Below, one piece after another: positions 31,201-39,938 of a stretch of 64,000 nt of DNA. The notes under the pieces are model-generated. The model worked only from the letters and a program-made list of their open reading frames with translations. It was not told the DNA's origin and searched no databases. The DNA is from an uncultured delta proteobacterium (GTDB taxonomy: Bacteria; Desulfobacterota; Binatia; Binatales; Binataceae). The position numbers were made by a program, and so were the translations under genes. The stretch's first letter is position 1. Every line of letters begins with the position of its first letter. The stretch covers positions 2,400,001-2,464,000 of the forward strand of contig CAWEEQ010000004.1 of NCBI GenBank assembly GCA_963808235.1, written 5' to 3'.

Positions 31201-32057
31201 TGTTCATCGGGAGCGTAACTTCATCGAACCCGGCTGAATTCGCGCCGGGCGGCACGACCTGCCCGGCGGGCGGCCTGGGCCCCGACTCCGACTGCGCGAT
31301 TGCGATCAGTTTCACGCCGAGCGCGCTCGGCGCGCGCAGCGCGACGCTTTCGATCAACGACAATACGACGAGCAGCCCAAAGCACGTGGCGCTGAGCGGC
31401 GCCGGCACCGCTGATACGACGGTCACGCCAACGAGTTTCGCATTCGGCAAGGTGAAGATTGGCGCCAAGGCGGCCAAGGCGATCGCGGTGCACAATTTCC
31501 AGACCAACCCGGTTACGCTGACGCTGCCGCCGGGATTCAGCGGCGCGAATGCGGGCGACTTCAGCCAGACGGGCGGCACGTGCACATCGACGCTGGCGAC
31601 GAAGACGAGTTGCACACTGATCGTTACTTATGCGCCGACCCAGCTGGGGACGGAAGCGGCGACGATGACGGTTGCCGACAGTCCGGATGCGCTCGGGCCG
31701 TACACGGTTTCGTTCACCAGCGGGCCGACGATACCGGCGACGGTCCTGCCGACCACGCTTGCGTTTGGCACGTTGACGGCCAGGACATCGCCGAAGACCA
31801 AGGACATCACGGTTACTAATCTGTCGGCATTTTCGCTATCGGTGAGCGAGAGCAGTGTCAGCGGATCGAGTGCGGGCGACTTTGCGGTGACCGGCGGAAC
31901 TTGCGGCGGCACGGTGTCGGCTCACTCGGCATGCGCGATCGCGATTAAATTCACGCCGACGGCGGAGCCATTGGCGGAGAGTGCGAGTATCGCGGTGACG
32001 ATCGGGAGCGATCCGACGAGTCCACATAATATTGCGCTGACGGGGACTGGGCCGTGA
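28262..32057 (+). CDS. Secreted adhesin: Calx-beta + 14 FG-GAP/VCBS repeats + PT/AT linker + 3 Ig-like (ASH/choice-of-anchor D-like) domains; frameshift near 31045
   Basis: Signal peptide; YQTMDGTAIAGTDY Calx-beta motif; 14 D(V/I/L)NGDGx(P/A)D(L/V)I motifs; C-part continues in the 30921-32057 frame with C..C-I-FTP Ig motifs. Confidence 0.9.
28630..30915 (+). repeat. Intragenic tandem repeat, 14 units of ~160-170 bp
   Basis: Recurring GTCTCGGTGCTGCTCAACACCACC...CCCAGCTTCGCCACCCAGCAGACC...AACGGCGACGG. Confidence 0.95.
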
Positions 32058-32085
32058 GGAAAAAGTTGCTCGAGTCTCGGCAAAC

Positions 32086-32492
32086 CTAACCCTAACCCCT
32101 TCCCCTGGTGGAAGGGGAACAATCGAGTTTGTGTTTTGCTCGGTGTTTAAGGTGGGCGCGCCCTCACTCTTGTGACGACATGTGAATGTCGTCGCAAACT
32201 CTCTCCTGAAGGAAGCTTTGCATAACCTTGGGCGGTGCGCGGAACCTGGAATTTGGACCCTCACCCGACGCGCGCGGTGCGCGCGTCGGCTTCTCCCGAA
32301 GGGAACGGTGATTGCATAACTGGACATTGATTCGGAGCAACTCAGCTCCGCACGCCCTCAGCGGAGTCGAAGTGTTTTGCGCCGAGAAAGATTCGGGGTT
32401 CCTCGGCTTCGCTCGGAATGACACGAAAAGGATGGCACAAAAAATAAGGAGCATCGCTTCGCGGAGGTCCTTCGACTTTGCTCAGGACGACG
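32086..32492. repeat. Cluster of REP-like palindromes of several families
   Basis: CCCTAACCCCTTCCCC..GGAAGGGG (32090), CCCTCACCCG..TCTCCC (32256), GGTTCCTCGGCTTCGCTCGGAATGAC (32397), CCTTCGACTTTGCTCAGGACGAC (32469). Confidence 0.7.
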
Positions 32493-32507
32493 GAGGAGGA
32501 GCGGAGG

Positions 32508-33452
32508 CTATCGCGGAGCGGATGCGCGGGGTTTTGGCGTGGGGGATTTGGTTTTGTGGGGGTGGCCGTAGCGGAGGGTTGCGGCGTTGCGTTCGAAGGC
32601 TTCGGCGATCGCGTTCGAGACCAGGCGGATTCTTGCGGCGCGGCGCAAGTCCTGATGCATGACCATCCAGACGGGGCGCATCGTCGGCCGTTCATCGGGC
32701 CACACGCGCTCCAGTTCCGGACGATTGTCGGCGAGGCAACAGGGCAGGACGCTGATTCCGATTCCGTCTGCGACTGCTTTCATCTGCGCAAAAGTGCTCG
32801 TGGTATGCATCGCGAGTCGCGCGCCCTCGAGCGACTCGCCGAGAAACGGCGCGCCGATCGCGGGCGGCGCGCCCAGGTAGTCGATTAGCGAATGACCGCT
32901 TAGGCCCATCCCGCGTTTCGGAGCGCCGCGGGCTGCGAGGTAGCGATGCGAGGCGTAGGCCGTGACGCCGAACTCGCCTAGCTTGCGGCCGATCAGGTTT
33001 GAGTCTATGGGCCGCGGAATACGCACTGCGATATCGGCCTGACGTCGCGCGATGTCCAGAGTGCGAAGGCCGACCAGCAAGTCCACCTGGAGTTGCGGAT
33101 GTTTCTCGAGCAGCGTGGCGAGTGCGGGCAGAATGATCTGGTCCGCAAACATCTCGAGCGTCGCCAATCTCACCAATCCGGCGGACTGCGCGTCGTGGCC
33201 GGTCACGAGCCGCTCGACGGCCATCGCCGCGGTTTCCATTCCTTCCGCATCGTTCAGGATCGCCCGGCCGGCGGCAGTGATCGCGAAGCCTTCGGGGGTG
33301 CGATTGAAGAGTTTTGCGCCGAGGCGCCGCTCGAACGCGACGAGGCGTCGCCCGACGGTGGCATGATCGACCCGCAAGGCGCGCGCCGCGCCTGAGAGTG
33401 TTTGTTCGCGGGCGATAGCAAGGAAGAAGCGGATGTCATCCCACTGGTCCAT
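32508..33452 (-). CDS. LysR family transcriptional regulator
   Basis: WDDIRFFLAIA..TLSGAARALRVDHATVGRR..LGAKLFNR; divergent from MFS gene. Confidence 0.95.
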   Translation of the reverse strand: MDQWDDIRFFLAIAREQTLSGAARALRVDHATVGRRLVAFERRLGAKLFNRTPEGFAITAAGRAILNDAEGMETAAMAVERLVTGHDAQSAGLVRLATLEMFADQIILPALATLLEKHPQLQVDLLVGLRTLDIARRQADIAVRIPRPIDSNLIGRKLGEFGVTAYASHRYLAARGAPKRGMGLSGHSLIDYLGAPPAIGAPFLGESLEGARLAMHTTSTFAQMKAVADGIGISVLPCCLADNRPELERVWPDERPTMRPVWMVMHQDLRRAARIRLVSNAIAEAFERNAATLRYGHPHKTKSPTPKPRASAPR

Positions 33453-33625
33453 CTAATAACGTCTCTCGCTCGCCCCTCGCTCAAACTCGCCACGTACCCT
33501 GCCCCACGTTCTTCGGTGAAATTTTGCACGGCAGATGTGCACAGATACCTAATTTTCATACATGCAACCTGAGCGCAAGGATTGCTGCATCACGTTTTTC
33601 AGAACGTCCTAGCGAGGCATCATTC

Positions 33626-34864
33626 ATGACCGAGCAAGACAAAGGCGGGTGGCTAATCGTGGCTGTGCTGTTCGCAACCTTGTTTTTGATTTGGGGACCG
33701 ATCAACGCGAGCGGTGTGTTCTTTATTCCGGTGAGCAAGCACTTCGGATGGAGCCGCGGGTTCCTTTCGACCCTGACCGCGGTTGCTCCGCTGGCGGCGG
33801 GATTCAGCAGTCCGGCGGCGGGATGGCTGATGGATAGGATCGGCCCGCGCCGGGTGATGATCGCAGGGGCGGCATTGGTCGCGCTCAGCTACCTGGCGCT
33901 CAGCCGGGCGAATTCGGCGGCCGAATTTCTGTTAATCTTTGTTTTTCTCGGGGTAGGGATCACAGCCTCGACGATAATCCCCACCGCGCTGGTAATAACC
34001 AGCTGGTTTCGCGAGCGGCGCGGACTCGCGCTTGGGATTGCGCATACGGGAATTCCGCTCGGCGGCACCGGGGTTACGATCCTTGCGAACTACGTGGTGC
34101 TGCACTACGGATTTCGCGCCGGCTACGCGGTGATGGCGATGCCGATACTGCTGATTGTGGTTCCGCTGCTGGCGGTGTTCATCAGAATGCGGCCAGCCGC
34201 GGACGGAGAGGCCGCAAAGGCTCGTCCATCTGGAAATATTGCGATGCCGGGGCTCGAGGTGCGCGAGGCGTTTCGCTCGCGATCGTTCTGGATGTTCGCG
34301 ATCGCCGAGGTTCTGTTCGCCACTGGCGCGGTGGGAATCCGGATCCATCTGGTTCCGTTTCTCACCGACGTCGGATATGCGCCTACGCTGGCCGCGGAAA
34401 TCTTCGGCGCGATGTTCATCTTCAGCGCGATCGGAAGTTTCGCGGTTGGAACATTTGCAGATCGACTTGGCGGACGGGTGATGCTGGCGGTGGTGTTCCT
34501 GTCGAGCGCGGCGGGAATCGGAGCGCTGCTCGGCGCGGCGCATCTGGCGGCGGTCGCGGTCTTTATCGTGGTGTTCGGTATGGTGAGGGAAACGCCGGGG
34601 GTGCTGCTGCCGCTTGCGATTGGCGAGTCGCTGGGAATCAGGCGGCTCGGCGCGCTGCTGGGAATCCAGGCGCTGTTTACCACTTTCGGCTTCGCAGCGG
34701 GGCCGGTGATAGCGGGGCGAACCTTCGATGTGACCGGCAGCTATTCGGGCGCGTTGATGTTGTTCACCGCGATGGGCTTGGTCGCGGCCGTTGCGATGCG
34801 CGCAACCCTGCCGCTCACCGAAGAGTGCGAGCGCATCGGGGTTGAGCGGTCTGCGGCCGCATAG
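33626..34864 (+). CDS. MFS transporter (OFA/MCT-like)
   Basis: About 12 TM segments; GWLMDRIGPRR and ADRLGGR motif A; WFRERRGLALG. Confidence 0.92.
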   Translation: MTEQDKGGWLIVAVLFATLFLIWGPINASGVFFIPVSKHFGWSRGFLSTLTAVAPLAAGFSSPAAGWLMDRIGPRRVMIAGAALVALSYLALSRANSAAEFLLIFVFLGVGITASTIIPTALVITSWFRERRGLALGIAHTGIPLGGTGVTILANYVVLHYGFRAGYAVMAMPILLIVVPLLAVFIRMRPAADGEAAKARPSGNIAMPGLEVREAFRSRSFWMFAIAEVLFATGAVGIRIHLVPFLTDVGYAPTLAAEIFGAMFIFSAIGSFAVGTFADRLGGRVMLAVVFLSSAAGIGALLGAAHLAAVAVFIVVFGMVRETPGVLLPLAIGESLGIRRLGALLGIQALFTTFGFAAGPVIAGRTFDVTGSYSGALMLFTAMGLVAAVAMRATLPLTEECERIGVERSAAA

Positions 34865-34920
34865 CGAGTGCGAGAAGCGAGCAGCGAGGTGATCGCATGG
34901 GACGGGTGCTGAATGGCAGC

Positions 34921-35005
34921 GCCCTCACCGAGGTGCGACATGCGTCGCGCGTGACCTCTCCCGGTTTGCGGATGGTGACTTGAGTCGCCATCAGCGGGAG
35001 AGGCA
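34921..35005. repeat. REP-like element (CCCTCACC..CCTCTCCCG..CGGGAGAGG)
   Basis: Same motif order as 32256 and, inverted, 23978. Confidence 0.55.
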
Positions 35006-35023
35006 CGGGGAGGGGAGGTTATT

Positions 35024-35473
35024 TCAGAAGGCGGGGGCGGCGGCGGTCAGGCGGCGGCGGTGGGTCAGGTGTTTGGTGCGGGGGGTTATCTTGAGGCGCA
35101 GGTGCGGGGTGCGATGCGCCTCGACGTTGCGCTGGGTCTGATGCTTCCAGGTGAGCATCCGGCGGCGAAGCACAAGCGAATTGATCCCCAGCGCCTCGCA
35201 AACGGTGTCGAAACTGAATGCGTGGCGGCTGATTGCCGCCGCCATGATCCATCGCTCGGCGTCGATAAATAGCATCCGTTTGCGAGTATTTCGGGACAAA
35301 ACGCCCTGCTGATAGACGTTGATCGCGTCGGCAAGCAGGGCGAGCATCAGGCGCTGCTCGCCGGTCAGGCGATGGCCGCCGGAAACGTCATAGTACTGCG
35401 ACGGAAGGATTTGGTTCAGGCCAATGAAACGCTCGACGGCGAGATCGGAACTCAACTGGAAGCCTTCGGACAT
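35024..35473 (-). CDS. Conserved hypothetical helical protein (EQRLMLALLADA...AERWI...FSFDTVCEALG)
   Basis: Coherent ORF; motif pattern matches an uncharacterised family I recall as multi-copy in Binatia-like genomes. Confidence 0.7.
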   Translation of the reverse strand: MSEGFQLSSDLAVERFIGLNQILPSQYYDVSGGHRLTGEQRLMLALLADAINVYQQGVLSRNTRKRMLFIDAERWIMAAAISRHAFSFDTVCEALGINSLVLRRRMLTWKHQTQRNVEAHRTPHLRLKITPRTKHLTHRRRLTAAAPAF

Positions 35474-35611
35474 TTTGCAACGCCTCACGGACTCCCGTCG
35501 GGCGCGACGGGATCGACTTTCAACCTTTCAACGGCATTCGTAATTGCTAACCGTCGGAGGGGGCGTTTTGTTCCCGAGGGGGTGATTTTTTTGTTCTTGC
35601 TCCGTACGGCA

Positions 35612-35678
35612 CCCTAACCCCTTCCCCTGTGGGAAGGGGGACAATCGTACGATCACGTAACCCCTTCCCATGTGGGAA
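35612..35678. repeat. Two REP-like copies (CCCTAACCCCTTCCC..GGGAAGGGG)
   Basis: Near-identical to 32090-32125, including trailing ACAATCG. Confidence 0.75.
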
Positions 35679-35744
35679 ACGCACCCGGCGCATGGGGAAC
35701 AAAATTAAATTTAGTCTGGGGCGTTCGGAGGGGGGCGCGCGTCG

Positions 35745-36755
35745 TCAAGTTGAGAGTTGGTGGACTAGTTCGATTAGGGCGGGGTCGAGGGTGCGGCGCT
35801 GGTCGCCTAGGTCGGCCAGGGGGGTGCGGATGATTGCGCCGTGCTCTTCGCCGATTAGGGCGGGGGGTGCGCCGGCGAGGATTGCGGCGATCGCGCCTGC
35901 GCCGAGGCGGCTAGCCAGGAGGCGGTCGCGGGCGGTGGGTGCTCCGCCGCGCTGAACATGTCCGAGCACCACGACGCGCGGCTGCACGCCGAGTCGTGCG
36001 GTAAGCGCGGCGGCCACAGGGAGGACGCCGCCGGTGCCGGGACCCTCAGAGACCACGATTATCGACGAGCGCTTGCCGCGACGATGACTTTCCTCGACTC
36101 GGTTGCAGATGTCGTCGAGGCTCAGCGGGATTTCCGGGACCACGACTGCCTCTGCGCCACCGCCGAGCGCGACCGCGATCGCGATGAAGCCACTGTCACG
36201 GCCCATCACCTCGACGCAGAAGACGCGCTCATAGGCAAAAGCGGTGTCGCGAATCCGGTCGATCGCATCGAGGGCGGTGTTCACGGCGGTATCGAAGCCG
36301 ATTGAATATTCGGTGCCGGGAATGTCGTTGTCGATCGACGCAGGTATAACGAAGACCGGCGTTCCCGTCTCGTCGCCAAAAACTTTTGCCCCGCGCATCG
36401 AGCCCTCGCCACCGACCACGATGAGCGCCTCGATCCGGTGCCGTTTCAAATTGCGCGCGGCGAGGCCGCGGGCGGCTGGCGTGCGGAACTCGGGCGAGCG
36501 CGAAGTCTCGAGGAAAGTGCCGCCGCGCTGGATGATGTTGGCGACGGAGCGGCCGCTCAGCGGCTCGGCGAGATCGCGGATGAGGCCCTCGTAGCCGCGC
36601 CGGAAGCCGACCACCTCGATTCGGGCGTTAGCCGCAGTGCGGACCACGGCGCGGATGGCGGCGTTCATGCCGGGCGCGTCGCCGCCGGCGGTCAGGATGC
36701 CGATCCGGCGAGCTGGGGCGCCGGTGGAGTTGGAGGATTCAGCCGTGCCGTCCAT
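35745..36755 (-). CDS. pfkA: ATP-dependent 6-phosphofructokinase
   Basis: ILTAGGDAPGMNAAIR, SIDNDI, EVMGRDSG, LGHVQRGG. Confidence 0.96.
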   Translation of the reverse strand: MDGTAESSNSTGAPARRIGILTAGGDAPGMNAAIRAVVRTAANARIEVVGFRRGYEGLIRDLAEPLSGRSVANIIQRGGTFLETSRSPEFRTPAARGLAARNLKRHRIEALIVVGGEGSMRGAKVFGDETGTPVFVIPASIDNDIPGTEYSIGFDTAVNTALDAIDRIRDTAFAYERVFCVEVMGRDSGFIAIAVALGGGAEAVVVPEIPLSLDDICNRVEESHRRGKRSSIIVVSEGPGTGGVLPVAAALTARLGVQPRVVVLGHVQRGGAPTARDRLLASRLGAGAIAAILAGAPPALIGEEHGAIIRTPLADLGDQRRTLDPALIELVHQLST

Positions 36756-36833
36756 GTGAGCTGGAGTGGGCTCGATCTCGATCGCACTCCATCATTCGAA
36801 TCTAACGAGCCGACGGGTCGGACGCGAACTAAC

Positions 36834-37328
36834 TTAGGGCATCAGGGAGGCTTGCAGGCGTACGAGTGCGGCTTTGGCTTGATCGGAAGCGTTGGAGACG
36901 GTGGGGCTGTTGCTCTCGGCGGCTATTCGGTAGTGCTTGATTGCGGCGGGTTTGTTGCCTAGCGCCTCGTAGGTGCGGGCGACGTTGACTTCGGCCTGGT
37001 CGTCGTGCGGGCAGGCGCTCAGGGCGTCGTTGTAATAGAGGAGCGCCTTGTGGAAGTCGCCCGAGGAGAATCGCTCACCGCCGCGCTCGGAGGCGGTCTG
37101 CGCGACTCCTCGATCGCATCCGCCCCGCGACTGTGAAGCGACGCCGGGAGTATATGACTGAGTGCTCTTGAGGGCGTCGATCTCCTGTTGTTGCTGTTCG
37201 ATCTGCTCCTGCTGCTGCTTGACCATCGTCTCGGTCGCGGCGATTTGGTCGGAGGTGCCGCATCCATAGCCGCCAACTGTGAGGAGGCCAAGCGTAAGCG
37301 CGAGTAAGATTCGATTGTTCGGGTTCAT
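36834..37328 (-). CDS. TPR-containing lipoprotein
   Basis: Signal peptide ending GYGC; Gln-rich coiled coil; TPR-like ALLYYNDAL / ARTYEALG. Confidence 0.75.
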   Translation of the reverse strand: MNPNNRILLALTLGLLTVGGYGCGTSDQIAATETMVKQQQEQIEQQQQEIDALKSTQSYTPGVASQSRGGCDRGVAQTASERGGERFSSGDFHKALLYYNDALSACPHDDQAEVNVARTYEALGNKPAAIKHYRIAAESNSPTVSNASDQAKAALVRLQASLMP

Positions 37329-37452
37329 ACTATGTTCATCATGCTGTTGACGGGGTGCTGTATTGTCGCCATCAATACTGGCGAATCGCGATGCGGTCAA
37401 TGCTGTCATGCGCGGCGTCTATTATCGAGCGGACAGGGAGGGAGAATGGGCG

Positions 37453-38136
37453 ATGATTCGAAATACAAGAGTTCTTATGCGGAGCCTGATGCTTATCGCG
37501 CTGATCGGGTTGCCGATAGTGGCGGCTCGCGCGGTGATAGCGGCAGTCAGTGCGCCAACCATGAGCGCCGGTGACGCGTTGAAGCTGCTGCTGGAAGGCA
37601 ATCAGCGTTTCGTCGAAGGGCGCCTCGAGCATCCCAATCAGACAGTGGCGCATCGCTTCGCCGTGGCCCACGGACAGCATCCGTTTGCCGCGGTGCTGGC
37701 ATGCTCGGATTCGCGGACGCCGCCGGAAATCCTGTTCGATCGCGGACTCGGCGACCTGTTCGTGGTGCGGGTGGCGGGCAACGTCGCCGACCAGGTCGTA
37801 ATCGAAAGCCTCGACTACTCGGTCAAGCATCTGGGCGTGCGGGTCGTGATGATCCTCGGGCACAACAAATGCGGCGCGGTAACCGCGGCGGTCGCGGGGC
37901 ATGAAGAGGAAGGCGACGTGGGTCCGATGCTGAAAGAGCTGCGGCCGGCGGTGGAAGCGACGAAGGGGATGGCGGGCGACCCGGTGGAGAATGCGGTGCG
38001 CGAGAACGTGAAGCTGGTGATGAAGAATCTCGCCACATCGCCGGAGCTGACGGCGATGGTGCAGTCGGGCGAGCTGAAGATAATCGGCGGCATCTACGAT
38101 CTCTACACCGGCAAGATCGAGATGCTGAAGGATTAA
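37453..38136 (+). CDS. Beta-class carbonic anhydrase with N-terminal signal sequence
   Basis: LLEGNQRFV, CSDSR, VRVAGN, GHNKCGAV. Confidence 0.93.
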   Translation: MIRNTRVLMRSLMLIALIGLPIVAARAVIAAVSAPTMSAGDALKLLLEGNQRFVEGRLEHPNQTVAHRFAVAHGQHPFAAVLACSDSRTPPEILFDRGLGDLFVVRVAGNVADQVVIESLDYSVKHLGVRVVMILGHNKCGAVTAAVAGHEEEGDVGPMLKELRPAVEATKGMAGDPVENAVRENVKLVMKNLATSPELTAMVQSGELKIIGGIYDLYTGKIEMLKD

Positions 38137-38164
38137 GCGAGACTTCGGTTTTTCAACATCACGC

Positions 38165-38560
38165 CTAGCGGGGCGGGGTTACGATCACTCCCGCGAAGGC
38201 GGTCGCCTGATGGCCTTCGCCGGTGGTCGCGGTCAGGGTGACTACGTAGCTGCCGGGGTTGGTGTAGGTGTGGAACAGCGCGGTGGGCGGCAGGTTGGAG
38301 ACTTGTCCGTCGCCGAAATTCCAGATGAACGATTGGAACTGCGCGCCCTCAGGATCGCTGCTCGAGGCCAGGAAGCCGACGATCAGAGGCGCGGGACCGT
38401 AGCCGGGCAGCGTCTGGAGCTGGAGGTGCGGAATCGTCGGCATCGTCATCGGGGAATAGGTTGCAGTTGGGACTCCGTTGTTATTTTGTGCGCGGACGAA
38501 TGTGGGCATCGATGCGAGAAGGATGATTGCGGCGGCGGGGATCGAATACTTCAAGATCAT
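38165..38560 (-). CDS. Secreted PKD-domain protein
   Basis: Signal peptide; WNFGDG, HTYTNPGSYVVTLT. Confidence 0.85.
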   Translation of the reverse strand: MILKYSIPAAAIILLASMPTFVRAQNNNGVPTATYSPMTMPTIPHLQLQTLPGYGPAPLIVGFLASSSDPEGAQFQSFIWNFGDGQVSNLPPTALFHTYTNPGSYVVTLTATTGEGHQATAFAGVIVTPPR

Positions 38561-38632
38561 CGGAACGCTAGTTACCACGCTTTGTGTTGGTGAACCAATT
38601 CTATGCTCGCGGATATGGGTCCATTAAGATGA

Positions 38633-39508
38633 ATGGTTATGGCACACCAACAAGCGGCTACCGTATCAACGGAGCCGACCCATCGTTACGTTGAGGCCTC
38701 GGGACTCAAACTTCACTACCTGGATTGGGGCGGAGACGCGGGCAAGCGCACTTTCGTGTTGCTGCACGGCGGTGCTGCGCATGCGCATTGGTGGGACGCT
38801 GTCGCGCCGCTGCTGACGCCGTACGGGCGCGTGCTCGCGCTCGACTTTCGCGGTCATGGCCGGAGCCAGTGGGCGCGGCCGCCGATCTACGGGCCGCCGG
38901 CATACGTCGAAGACGTGCGCGCGCTTATCGAGAGCCTCGGCACGCGAGTCGTGTTGGTGGGACATTCGATGGGCGGTGCGGTCGCACAGTGGGTCGCGGT
39001 GACGCATCCGGAGCTGCTCGCGGCGCTGATCATTGTGGATGCGCCGCACGGACCGCCGCCGCTGTTTCGCCGGCTGATGTGGCGATGGCGCCGCAAATCG
39101 CAAGGCGGCAAGCGTCCCGAGCTGCGCTCCCCCGCCGACATCATCAGGAGGTTCCGCCTGCAGCCGCCGGAGACGAACCTGACGCGGGTCGAGCTCGAGC
39201 GGCTCGCGATGCTTGGCGCGGAGCAATTGCCGACTGGCGCGTGGGCGTTCCGCTTCGATCCTGAAACGCGCGCGTGGCGAAAGCATGGCGCGAAAATGAC
39301 ACGGCCGAAGCTTAAGAACATCAAGATGCCGACGCTGCTGCTGCGCGGCGAAAAGAGCGGGCTAGTCAGCGCGCCGCATGTGCAACGGATGCATCGGAAG
39401 ATTCGCGGATCGGTGCTGAAGGAAATTCCGCGCGCGTATCATCACGTGCCGCTGGACAATCCGGGCGACACTGCGGCGGCGATTATCGAGTTCGTGGAGA
39501 AGCAATAG
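38633..39508 (+). CDS. Alpha/beta hydrolase
   Basis: LLHGG, DFRGHGRS, GHSMGG, HHVPLDNP. Confidence 0.9.
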   Translation: MVMAHQQAATVSTEPTHRYVEASGLKLHYLDWGGDAGKRTFVLLHGGAAHAHWWDAVAPLLTPYGRVLALDFRGHGRSQWARPPIYGPPAYVEDVRALIESLGTRVVLVGHSMGGAVAQWVAVTHPELLAALIIVDAPHGPPPLFRRLMWRWRRKSQGGKRPELRSPADIIRRFRLQPPETNLTRVELERLAMLGAEQLPTGAWAFRFDPETRAWRKHGAKMTRPKLKNIKMPTLLLRGEKSGLVSAPHVQRMHRKIRGSVLKEIPRAYHHVPLDNPGDTAAAIIEFVEKQ

Positions 39509-39523
39509 CTGGCGCGCTAGCGG

Positions 39524-39865
39524 TCACGCGCGGAGCAGGAAGTCACTCAGGTCAAGCGCGTAGACACCGTCGCTGAGGGTCATCGATTTCGGCGAGCGCT
39601 TGAGCATCAGGCGCGAGATGTCCTGATCTTTCGGGAGCAGGTACACGATGTCTCCGGCGCCCATCGAGAAGACGCGCACCCGTTCTTCGCCGCGGCGCTC
39701 CTGGCCCGCGACTTCATAAGAGCTCACGTGGAAGACGAAGCCGCGCGCGCGGATAATCGCCCCATCGGTTTCCTCGACGGTGCCTACGAAGATCCGGGTA
39801 TTGTCGTCCTTGAACAGTCTGCGATCGATCAAGACGATACGGTCGCCTTCCCCAATTGCCGCCAT
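39524..39865 (-). CDS. Hypothetical beta-rich protein
   Basis: Coherent ORF with GAGGA RBS, co-oriented with upstream hydrolase. Confidence 0.65.
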   Translation of the reverse strand: MAAIGEGDRIVLIDRRLFKDDNTRIFVGTVEETDGAIIRARGFVFHVSSYEVAGQERRGEERVRVFSMGAGDIVYLLPKDQDISRLMLKRSPKSMTLSDGVYALDLSDFLLRA

Positions 39866-39938
39866 CGTGGATTCCTCCTCTGGTCTCAGCGCCAGATCCT
39901 ACTTGATCTCCAGCGCAGACACGATGCGTGCGCGGGCT

